Shown here in pieces: positions 54,001-64,000 of a stretch of DNA of 64,000 bases. The position numbers and the translations under genes were made by a program. How positions within the stretch are numbered: position 1 is the first letter of the stretch; each line of letters opens with the position of its first letter. The stretch covers positions 1 to 64,000 of the forward strand of contig JAUCBJ010002735.1 of NCBI GenBank assembly GCA_032718475.1. The letters run 5' to 3'. Under the pieces are notes generated by a model, which did no database searches, was not told where the DNA came from, and saw only the letters and a program-made list of their open reading frames with translations. Origin of the DNA: Nemertoderma westbladi. Taxonomy: Eukaryota; Animalia; Xenacoelomorpha.

Positions 54001-57000
54001 TCTATTTATTTCGAATAATATTTATTTATACCTCATGTAGCTTCAGTGTTTTCTTCTAAATTTAAATAATATACAAAATTATAAATAGTTAAAATTGATT
54101 TGTATTTTATTTATATATTAATTAGAAATATTTTACTTTGCAATAAATTTTTGACAAAAATTAATTTTGTATTTATTTTATTCAGAGCAACTGCGGGTCT
54201 TGCTATGGAAATTCAAAGACCAAAGTCTCGGGTGAACTTTCGATCGTGTTGCATCGAGGGAGCTCATATGAACAGCTACATAGAGTGGGAGAGCACAGAG
54301 ATGCTCACATTGCGTGAGCGAACAAATGATTACACCAAACTCACTGAGGAAGTCCTCCAATCCGCCGCCAAATCCCAACCCCACGTCGCCTCATCTTGGC
54401 TTTACGTCCAAGAGGATCTTTGTGATGAGAATTACAAATTCGCAGAAGATTTTTGTATTTCTAGCTGTTGGAAAGAACAAGTATCCGTGTTCTACAGTCG
54501 TGAACTCTCTACCAATATTCAAACAAACTTGGCATCTTCTTACTGTGCTGCTGAATTGTATGATATAGAGTGGCAGAAAGGGGCTGATCTGCGCCACCCA
54601 GATAAAATGTCTGTAGAGGTTTCCGAAGAGTACAGATGGTTGAATCGGGGAGTGAATGAACACGCGGACCACCTCTGGTGCCATTCATTGCAACAGTTGC
54701 AGAGCTATATGTATGAAACAATGACGCAACATGTCGAGCATGGTCGAGTACTTGATTATGCAGATACAAGTATGATTGGAACCCAGATTGAACACGGCCA
54801 ATTTATTTACAAACCTATATTCCATGGATTCTCACTGCTAACTGATACTATTTGGCAACAAGTTGTTGACTTACGGGCAATAAAACGCAATGAGGAGAAA
54901 GGAATGATAGTTGAGCAAGTTAGCAACGTCCGTTGCAGTTATGTTACCAGCTGGGGGGAGAGACGCAATGTAGCAAAACAAAATATTGGCAGGGACATTT
55001 GGGATGTGATAACTAACCGTGGACATGTCAGCCATGGTCTCGAAACAGCTACATGTTCCACTTCTAATGAAATGCAAGGGAGAGTGTGCAAATATGATTG
55101 TCTTGTTCAAGGTATTCACTCGAATCAAATTACTAGTTGGTTTGTTACTGGCCGGATCACACCAACTCAAGTTACAAGTGCTGGATCAACATTATATTGG
55201 CAAACTGGTCGTCATGGTGTCCATTGCCTTGCTGGTGCTGTGTGGGCAAATGCACAGGAATTTTTGTTGGATTATGAGTGGCAGAATGTAGATGAATATC
55301 ACACCCAGAAGGCCTATATTGATTTTGCATCATTGGCCACTGAATATGGGATCTGGCACAGACCTCATGTTGCTAGTCGCTATTGCCAGGAGGGTCATGC
55401 GATATGTATAATTATGAAATGGGACCACTCAACAGATTTCATTGCTAGTACCGCATCGTTTGAAGCAACAAATGTTTTGACAACAGGAGAACGAGTATGT
55501 TTCTATCCGTGCTTGTCTTATTACTCGACATGGGCGGCTTCAGCTATAAACACACCCGAACTTGATTGGGATATCGTCAATCCTGTCCAGTATTTTACTC
55601 CTTGTAAATATAATGTCAATGTTGCTGTAGATGAATTCATTTATGGGAGAGTCAAGGAAACAAGTGGTCGATTAACAAATGGTCAAGGAATTCTAGAACG
55701 CATAAGTTGGTCTTCTACAAGGGAATTCGCCTTCACATACACATCGATAAACGTTGGTTACACTATTGAGGATTTGCAGCTGGAAAGAGACCTGTCTGGC
55801 AAAGGTTTTTCAGTTTATGGATTATCTGATACCCTTGACTCCAGCTTTACTCAATGCGATATGTATTGCAGTGAGCAATATATGTTTGAATGGGCTCTTT
55901 TGAATATTCAAAGTCTTTCGTTGCAACAAAATATTCGCATTTGTTGGGGAAAATATCAGGGTGAGGCTATTTACAATGACATATTGTGGGAAAGAGCTCA
56001 TATGTTCATTGCGACAAAAACGGGCTCCGAGACGGCAAATTCATTTGGTGATGTTCTACAGAAGGCGAGATGCACGGAAGATAATATTTCTTTGTCACTA
56101 ATTTCGGGTATGGATGATTACAGTGAATTATTTCATCAATGTGATACTTTTTACAATTACGTTGTTGTTAAGCAATCTGCAGATGTATTGTTTGAGCAAC
56201 AGCAGGTTGGCCGCACAGCAGTGGTTTCCAGGGATGTCAATTTAGGGAATTCGTTGCAAGATGAAAACCATTGGGAATATGTATGTAGTATGATCAGAAA
56301 ACCAGCCAGGGAAGATGCTGCTCATTTGAAGTTTGAGTTTGTAGGATTGTTTGATCATTTTGTTCCTCAGAGGACATTGATTTGGGGGAATTCTCAGCAT
56401 GGTTCATGTGAGGATTATGATCAGCTATCAACTGTAATCGATCAAGTATTTGTTATGGAACATGCGGAGAGTAAAACCTTAGAAATTACTTCCAATCAAT
56501 ATTCCTTCTTTTATTATCGAGAATTTGCTTCATATGAAGAAAACGAAGCTGATAATTTGGAGTCATTAGAGTGTACAGAGTTGCAAAGAAATCAAGAGGA
56601 AGCTTTATTATCTTATGAACTTCAATTTCAATATTATGTCGCGAATATTTACACAGCTAATACAAAATCCAACTATAGAGATAATATTACATCTGAAAGT
56701 TTTGATGTATCTATTTTATTTAGATTGCAGAAACTAAACTTGGAAACATCCCAGATAAGTACTATTTATAGTTTATTTGACGAATCATCAATTATCTCAT
56801 TTAAGACCCATGGGATAGCTTTGGAATATGGGGAACACTGGGATCATGCATATGACATTTGTGGTTATACCACAGAACATGCTTGGGATGTCACATCATG
56901 GCATCAAGAGAGTGAATATTCTCGAACAATAATTAGCAGAGAATTGAATCATTCCACACTGGGTGTATTTGATTGCATCATGGGTCACATAGAACAATTA

Positions 57001-60000
57001 ATTAAAAAACCTGTTATATTAGAAAGTGCAACATCACAATTTGAATACCATTATTTATTTGAACAAGCAAACACGTATTCATATTCCATTTATGGAAATG
57101 CTAGTTACATTGAGGTAGAATGGTATTCTTGCAGTTCTACCCATAATGATTCGAAACATCTGGAAATTGCTGGAATTAATATGGAAGGAACTCTCCAAAA
57201 ATCAACCGGGGAAATTCGTGACAAAGTTAGATTACTATATGGAGATTTTGGCAGTGAAATTATCCAGTGTGATTGGGTTGATGTTCTATTCAATGCTAAA
57301 CGTGAGACAGAAATAATTGATTCGTGGGAAGTCAGTCATCATTACAGTTCTCAAGTGATGAAGAGTACACTATTTGGATTTCCAGATTACAGTGGTTACG
57401 AGTTTGACCAAGCTGAAGATATAGAGATCCACTACTCCATTATGACACTCGATTATACAGAGATAGAGAGGTTCCATGGAATAGAAGGCATCATAACTCT
57501 CCGTGTGTATGGTACATCTTCATGTGATCAATTGGAAACAGTATGGGAGTATTCGCATATTAGATTCGGCTTTGAGAAACCTAAGGAATACTCTGCAGTT
57601 GCATCAGCCTTGTATTTTTCACGTCATAATGTTAAACATACTCAAGATATTTTAATGTGCCAAGCTACCCAACATACATGTCAACAATGGCAAACATGTT
57701 ACGAATTTTTCAAGCATCACTTACATTTAGCTACAATCTGTCTGACAGAAGAGACTACAGGATTGTCTAGGGGTTTCAATAAATATCAAGACTTAGTCCT
57801 CCAATCTGGTGCAAAAGCCATTGTTGAGTTGGATACAGAAATTGCCTTTCAAAGCTTTCACTTCAACCCAGAGCGAGATGTTGCTTCTCTCGAGATCATA
57901 AAAGAGGCAAAAGAATTTGCTGCAAGTAAGAAACAAGTTATTCTCAATGGGTCTTCTGTAGATGCAATGCAGTATTGGGGATTTGTTGATGATTTTGATG
58001 GTGTGCCGCGAAAATCACTCGAATGGAGTCTAGAAAGTTCTGAATATATTCACGAATACATCGTCAGTGCGAATACTATGTGGGGAGGAGCGAATGAGGA
58101 ACATTCACCAAAGTTTTTGAATTTAGAAGAAGTCAGCAAAGATACTCATAACAATGTGGAGTATGCGACATCAATAATGTTTGAAATGGGATTGGCAGAA
58201 TGTGGTAAAGAAACCACATTGAATAATTATGCTCGTGCACAAGAAATCCCATGGGAAATATGCGATAACTTTATTTCAGACTTGCAAATTCCTGAAAAAT
58301 TATCATCAACTGAAAATATAATGACAATATTTTCTATATGTGGGAAATCAACCGTGCATATAATCGCCTATGGTGATATAGATAGTTCATTCGAAGTCTG
58401 GGATACTTGTTTTGATTTTTATAAAGAAGCTTACAACGTTGACAATGCTATTGAATGTAAAATTAAATTAGATTTACATACAAGTTATTTAGAACTTAAC
58501 TTACAGTTTAATTCCAGTTATGAGAGCATTATTCAGTGGGATCAAGTCTCATTCGTAGATGAAGGGTTCCATGTCGAAAGTGCAGAATGCTATTCCTATA
58601 ACCATTATTTACATCCACCACTTTATGGAGAAGAATATAAAATGTTTTGTCATCCAGTCATAGATTCCATTTCCACCCCATTGGAAAATGGTCATTTATA
58701 TGAAAAGCGTAAAATTACCCATGAATTTGCGGAATTTAAGATTGATGTCCCGGCACGTGATATCCAAGAAACAGGTGGAGCACTGACAATTATCGCATGT
58801 AGTGATGAAACAATGATACCGTGGTCTAATTTAGTTCCATTTTCATCACAAGAATGTCAGTTTGAGGTTCTTTCAATTGCAGAACACTTCGTCCATTTGG
58901 AATTTGGTAAATTGTCAGGGTATAGTTATCACCAATGTCTTGCTGAAACCCCTTCATGCATTGTTTTCTTTGAATCTGCTGATAATTTCGAAGAAAAACA
59001 TGCAGAGAAAGTTTCCTGTAATCTCCGTACAAATATTACAAATTGGTTTTTCGGAAATTCATCGTTTGTAAAAGCTTGGGGGATGTGTTCACTTTCAGGA
59101 TCCACATGGCACTTCACCTCTTCACTTGTTATTGATTTTACTTGTGAAAATGCCTTGTTGATAGAAGGAGGTTGCTTCCAAACCCGTGCAACTCAATCAA
59201 AAGATTATGAATGGTGCATGGGAGATGCTGTATATCATGAATGGGATTTTGAATTTCCTATTCATCTCGATACTGGAAAACTCAATTGCGAATACATTTC
59301 ATCAGCTATGGAACATGTAGGATATACAATGCGTGATAATGTGGATGGTACTGTATTCAATGGAAATCCCATTACATTAGTAATGGAATGGAATGTTGCT
59401 GAAGATGTTTACTATGCATCATATCCTATAGAATATGCCTACATGATGGACAATATCATTGGAAGATTAACAGCATCCCTTTCACATAGACCTTTTGTAA
59501 TGTCTTGCGAAATGATAAACACAAGTGGATTTTGGTTAAATGCAATGGATTATAGAGCTGCTCAACAAATTTCTATAACTGCGAGTGTGAAAACTGAAAG
59601 TTGTCCATATTTCCAAGCTGGAGTCACTCGTGATTCACAATGTGGTCTAGAAATTGTTAATGACATTACCTGGGAAAACGTTGAAGACGTTGATGTTTAT
59701 CAAGTAGAGAGTACTGTGAGCATTAGCAGGGTCATTGACTATGTTCACCATGATTTTAGATGCAACTTAGTTTGGGGTAAAGGAATTATTAGTGATGATG
59801 CGGATCAATGGCAAAGTGTTACACAATTCATCCATAGTGAAGCAGACTACGAAGAGGCTGATGTAGATGTGGAGTGGTCCATTAAGCATAAATATTTCGG
59901 TACCTCAACTTATGTAAAGCAATGTTATGAAGAAATAAATTACCAAGATTGGTTTTGGGTCCATTCATTTATGAAAAATCAATACCAAAGTGATAGTGCG

Positions 60001-63000
60001 TATGAAATGACACAGGAATATTTAAACACATTTACCGCAAAGTCTACAGGCATAAGTTCCTGGGCTTCGTCATTTCCTGATAATATTGGAAGCGATTGGA
60101 CTTATATTGATGGCATATTTTACACAGGATATACTACTGACTACTTAGTACCAACCGAGAGTATATATATATTTAACAGGGAATATGTTGAGAGTAACTT
60201 TGGTCTTAAATTATGTTGTGCCAAAGTTGAACATTCAACTTGCTCATCGCTTGGTGACCTTAATATTGACAATTTGAATGAATCAGCTTGTTGGAAAGTC
60301 GAACATGAACAATTGGAGACTTATTATGATAAGAATTGGCAAAATGTGTATGGAAATATTTCGAAATCAGAATTGAATTGGGATAACTGCTATCATGCAC
60401 AATATTCCACTCCGTCGATCCATAATGCATTATTTGTGATTCATGAAAAAGAAAATCTTCAAAGTTATCTATATGATCAAACATTGGAATGTGGATCATC
60501 TCAAGTTACAGAGCTTTGGTTTGATACAACCGAATTATTTTCTATTCCTGTTAAAGGGTCTGAATCGGCATCTGAAGGACTACATGTTCACTTATTTGCT
60601 AACAAATACAGCAGTCTTAAATCCAATACCTGGGGCATTCATGACTCATCTACAACTGAAGTATGGGATTACACATCAAATATAAGTAAGCATACTCAGA
60701 ATACTGAGATAGCTAATTCAAACTTTGAATCTACATTTATTCGAAAGGGTGACACATATTTTCAAATAGTTAATGGTAATATTATAATTAGTGCAATAGA
60801 TTGGGAGTCAACAGTTGATCTAGTTTCAGAGCTCCATTATTGTCAACAAGATTTCGAATATGAAGGATTTACAGGTCTCTATGAAAATGGAATTTGCAAA
60901 TCGATGGTTCAGGGTTTTGCGATGAACAGTGACTTTGATTACAGGTATGAAACACTCTCATTTTTATCAACAGAGTCATTTCAAAAATCAAAGACTAGTT
61001 GTAAAGTAGATTATGGTTTAGATAAACATTTAGAAACATTGAACACACAGGTTTATGGAGCATCCTTTTCATCTGAAATTGAATGGGATTCAGCTTCTGA
61101 GTATACAAATGATTCACACATCATCAACAAATTAGGATCATCACTTGCAGAAATGTGGCTTCCTTTGAATGTCAATATTTCTCTGCCAGTTTGCTGGGGG
61201 GCTGCCCAGATGATAACTCATGGTCATCTTGAAACTGTTCAACAAGTGGTGTCTCGCGAGTTTGCAACTGATAGTGGTTTTCTATATGACATTGATGTTA
61301 AACTTGAAAATTCAAATGAAACCATTACGGCACACAATATTTGTCTCGCTTCATTACAACGATATGATTGGATGTATGCAAAAGATGTTTCTTTTGGATT
61401 TGAGGGTGGAATAGGATATGCCAGTTTAAAATATTCAACATTTTCATCTGATGTACATGCCTATCGTGAAGAACTGTATTGCAGCCCAGAAGAAACTACA
61501 GATATTTGTGACTTTGATTTTGTTTATTATGTTGACTTTAAATTGGGACATATTGTTCAAGCTCATTGTAGTATCGATATGGGTTCTTGCGTATATCATT
61601 ACTCCGTAAAACAATACCCGGTGTATGGAAATTGCACAGTTGGCGTAGAGGACTACATAACGGCATTGCCGCTTGAAGAATTGGATATCTGTGAAGAGTA
61701 CTTAGATCATTCAGAGGCAGGGCGTGAACATTTTGTATATGTAGGATGGTCACAATTTGTTACGCTTGGTGATGGGAAGTGTGAAATATACCATCAAGGT
61801 ATTGTTAACATTGAAGAGTTTCGAAATATAAAGTACAATTTAGAAAATGCCATACCAGTTATAACAGGTGTAGTTACAACTAGTACCGAACAAACCGTTG
61901 TGAGCTTGCTATGTTTTGGTAATGTAAATGAAATCATATTTTATACAGTAAACAAGTGGACAGCAAAGGTTCCAATGGACTCTGTATCCGTAACAGAAGA
62001 CAATTTTTCATTAAGTACGGGCCATCAGTCATCAACACAGGTTTCTGTCAATATGGAAATACCAGGACATATTTATACCTATGAAGTAGCTGACGAAATT
62101 CATAAATTCATACAAGGAACGATTAATACTTCGATTTCGGTGCAACCATCTACATTGATTAGAAATATCGATGTGGCAAAGGCATCGGTTTTGGGTTGCA
62201 TGATAGTGGATGAAATTCAATGGATAAATACCTGTGATATGTTTGGGGGATTTTGGTTTTCAGAAGTGAAATGGGATATTTTTGATGAAGTAAATCTAAT
62301 ACAAAATCCTGTTATCTATAAGGAATCTACAATGGGTTTGGAGCATGTGGAATATTTCTTTCCAATTTGGGAAGAAAGTGGAGTCCATTCCGCACCAGAT
62401 TTTGAATGTAGCACTGAAGAAGTACATGATACATATTTGTACCATGGAAGAATGGAGCCATCATCATATGATTTGTGCTTCAGTAGAGTTCAAAGTACAG
62501 ATTGGTTTGAAGCAAAACACTTGTATATTGACAACAGTTTATACACTGTTCTTGAAGTGGAAATTAACAATTTCGAGGCAAGATATACCTCTTTGAAACA
62601 ATATGTAAATGGATATGCCATTATGGAAGCCATGACAATTTACTATAATGATTATGAACACTTAAAGGTGGACTCTTATGATGTTGAAAATGCTTTTCTA
62701 AATATAGAAGGAACTACAGCAAACAATTATTGTGTCGAAACTGAAGGTAAAATATATGCCAATGGGATGGTTTTAGGAACCAATTGGGAAACATTACAAG
62801 ATGTGTATTATAGTTTGGATAGGGACATTGTATCTTCATATTCTCAAGATGGTTTTACTTACAACATAGCTAATGTGTCATGGGGTATGAAAATGTTGAG
62901 TGTTTGTATAAAAGAAGCTGTTCTTGATGGGTCAGAAGTAACTAAAGAATTTTCTGAATCGCTTAATGATGCCGCTAAGGCGACAATGACTATTGAAACA

Positions 63001-64000
63001 TTTATCAGAAACACAGGTTACATCTCAGATGTCACCATATATGGTTTAGGAAGCGAAGTCAGAACATCTTGGGAAACATTAAATGAGTATACACCGCTTG
63101 TATCCAGTCAAATTGGTAATTATGTAATTGAGTCAAATAAACATTACGCCGATTCGCAATGTGATGTTCTTTATGGCCAGTGTATTGTCATGGATATTAC
63201 AGATATTTGGGAAAGTATTTATGATAGAAGGGTTGAATCTAGGTTTGTTGAGAATACTAGTACCGCGTATCAAACATTACCTGACTTCGTAATGGCTCGG
63301 ACTTCTTTGAATAGGATTTATGGATCTGGTTTCGTGATTGAGATCTCCTGGGAACTGCCTGGGTATTTTGATACTAAAACACACGACACAATGCAAGCCA
63401 ATATAACCTACTTATCAGCACCAAACGATGTTTTAAGTTGTGCAAGGAAGGATTTGATATGTGGCTGTGAGTTTCTTGTTTCGGGTGAACAATGGCAAAA
63501 TGTTTCAACTTTGGATGACAAACTAAATTCTATGGAAAATGCTGGCTGGTCCATTGAATATATGGAAAAGAGAAATTGCACTATTGACCAATACTTTCAA
63601 TCATGCCACTCCATAGATCACATTATTGACTGGAGCTACATTAATGAATGGCGTACTAAGCTAGATTATGAAGAATTTGAATTAGAATACGTTACAGAAA
63701 TTATTGATCTTAATTTTGCTGCAGTTTTTACACCTCGGATTAATAATCTTATGGAAGTTAGTGATTTTGGATTTTGGGAAGGAACTATTTCATATTCAAC
63801 AAAATATGACACTCGAGAGCAAGCCAATATTATACTTGAATCATTTTATAAATTTGATTATGCAGTACCATCTGTAGTGGATAAATTCGGTTCAGCTCTG
63901 GTGGTTGTAAATAATTGGGACAGTTTAAGTGACCTAAATATTCGCATCTGCACTGAAACTACATCTTATTCAACCGCAGTTCTCCAATATATTGTGGGCT
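176..64000 (+). CDS. Giant multi-exon gene (partial at both ends) encoding a >=20,000-aa protein of degenerate ~47-49 aa Trp-anchored repeats; family unknown
   Basis: Five exons joined by canonical GT-AG introns with matching phases; the same peptide repeat runs through every exon and across every splice junction; coding length in window 14889+143+175+35237+9815 = 60,259 nt. Confidence 0.85.
15065..15222 (+). other. Intron (158 nt, phase 2)
   Basis: GTAAGT...tttcattttAG; AT-rich. Confidence 0.88.
15223..15365 (+). CDS. Small exon B (143 nt), not in ORF track
   Basis: Translates in phase as (R)PEISIKDYADVTLHQEWHLGVVNILKAPVYGDVIIDGVIFDSVQHTE(G), containing the repeat motifs DYADV and VYG; donor G|GTGAGT at 15366. 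Confidence 0.88.
15366..15820 (+). other. Intron (455 nt, phase 1)
   Basis: GTGAGT...ttttcctttcAG; very AT-rich. Confidence 0.88.
15446..15497. repeat. AT-rich tandem repeat, 18-nt unit (ATTTGTAATTTTTATTAT), ~2.8 copies
   Basis: TTTGTAATTTT recurs at 15448, 15466 and 15484. Confidence 0.85.
15821..15995 (+). CDS. Small exon C (175 nt)
   Basis: Lies within ORF 15793..15999; (G)YECQYLRAFSQNWSEW...QPAPDYADV(K). Phase-1 acceptor matches exon B; donor AA|GTAAGT at 15996 matches the phase-2 acceptor at 16843. Confidence 0.88.
16052..16075. repeat. Short perfect inverted repeat (11-bp arms, 2-nt spacer)
   Basis: TTTAGTGTATT-aa-AATACACTAAA. Confidence 0.7.
16356..16440. repeat. GC-richer island with ACTCCG hexamer repeats; possible DNA transposon/MITE remnant
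   Basis: CAGGGTTCCGGATCC...GACTCCG...ACTCCGACTCCGACTC within an otherwise very AT-rich intron; no matching second end identified. Confidence 0.35.
16844..18062 (+). CDS. Giant exon D, segment 1 (acceptor to first frame break)
   Basis: G|TTT AAC GAT ACA... is in frame with ORF 16890..18065; repeat motifs present; ends ATG ATT TGA. Confidence 0.85.
18064..26631 (+). CDS. Giant exon D, segment 2 (+1 frame relative to segment 1)
   Basis: ORF 18070..26634; this frame is open from 18061; same repeat; no AT-rich intron-like gap before it. Confidence 0.85.
26633..52080 (+). CDS. Giant exon D, segment 3 (+1 frame relative to segment 2)
   Basis: ORF 26582..52084 overlaps the previous ORF by 53 nt; ends at donor AG|GTAAGA (52081), whose TAA is the ORF 'stop'. 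Confidence 0.88.
52495..52925 (-). mobile_element. Putative tRNA-derived SINE (3' boundary uncertain)
   Basis: Minus strand reads ...GCTGGAGTGATCACTCGCCTTGCTTGTAGCTGGCAGGTCCCGGGTTCGATACCG..., with a Pol III B-box (GGTTCGATACC, 52866-52876) in a tRNA-like head, followed by a GC-richer body with several hairpins. Confidence 0.6.
53388..53840 (-). mobile_element. 5'-truncated, decayed non-LTR retrotransposon (RTE-like LINE) 3' fragment
   Basis: Minus-strand translation SSKKDIEVRKAKA*AAPSKIDTIWKSDLSRHLKIKLFRATVESVFLYGGETWTLTKSLGQRIDGCYTRLLRAVLNISW...RERRLRSSGH*WRSKEE...RSRGQP resembles the post-RT C-terminus of RTE-type ORFs; in-frame stops at 53794-53796 and 53509-53511; ends VRVRST* with a (GTA)n microsatellite tail at 53388-53404. 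Confidence 0.88.
54186..64000 (+). CDS. Giant exon E (>9.8 kb, runs off the window; missing from ORF track because no stop is reached)
   Basis: Acceptor ttattcAG|A; frame starting at 54187 reads ATAGLAMEIQRPKS... and still reads TSYSTAVLQYIVG at the end; no terminated ORF in this frame appears in the track; same repeat motifs (e.g. LGNSLQDENHWEYV). Confidence 0.88.

Larger units (their letters stand above)
52081..54185 (+). other. Intron (2,105 nt, phase 2) containing retroelement remnants
   Basis: GTAAGA...tttattttattcAG. Joining gives ...WEYLQHILKDNQQR|ATAGLAMEIQRPKSRVNFRSCCIEGAHMNSYIEW, a W-to-W span of 48 residues inclusive, as in other repeat units. Confidence 0.87.

Noticed and set aside
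318-62596. About 100 short (60-120 aa) ORFs in alternate frames or antisense
   Set aside because: They are shadow ORFs of the giant exons or AT-rich intron noise with no recognisable motifs; only 53509..53715 (LINE) and 15793..15999 (exon C) are meaningful.
176-64000. Assignment as titin/sallimus, mucin, dumpy or nesprin
   Set aside because: No Ig/Fn3, PTS, DPY/EGF or spectrin signatures are recognisable in this window; only the size is similar, so no gene symbol is given.
176-64000. Decayed pseudogene
   Set aside because: Only two frame breaks and no other premature stops in about 60 kb, with intact splice sites; a recent loss-of-function allele cannot be excluded.
1-64000. CRISPR array, rRNA or long DNA-level tandem repeats
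   Set aside because: No repeat-spacer structure or rRNA-like sequence seen; the repeats are visible only at protein level.

Overview
Eukaryotic, probably invertebrate animal, genomic DNA. Almost the whole window is the interior of one + strand, intron-containing gene for a giant protein with no start or stop codon in view. Spliced model: exon A 176-15064 (14,889 nt), B 15223-15365, C 15821-15995, D 16844-52080 (35,237 nt) and E 54186->64000 (open to the window edge, absent from the ORF track). All GT-AG junctions are phase-compatible (2,2,1,2,2), giving about 60.3 kb of coding sequence, or about 20,000 aa. The protein is built from a highly diverged 47-49 aa Trp-anchored repeat (two alternating subtypes, about 95 aa per pair), rich in E/D/S/F/Y/W/C/H, that I cannot assign to a known family. 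Exon D is broken by two +1 frame changes, each next to an Ile codon plus stop (ATT-TGA at 18060-18065, ATA-TAA at 26629-26634), and the repeat register continues across both. Sequence error or mutation, programmed frameshifting, and small 3n+1 introns are all possible explanations. The last intron holds a decayed RTE-like LINE 3' fragment and a tRNA-derived SINE-like element. All counts and alignments were done by eye.
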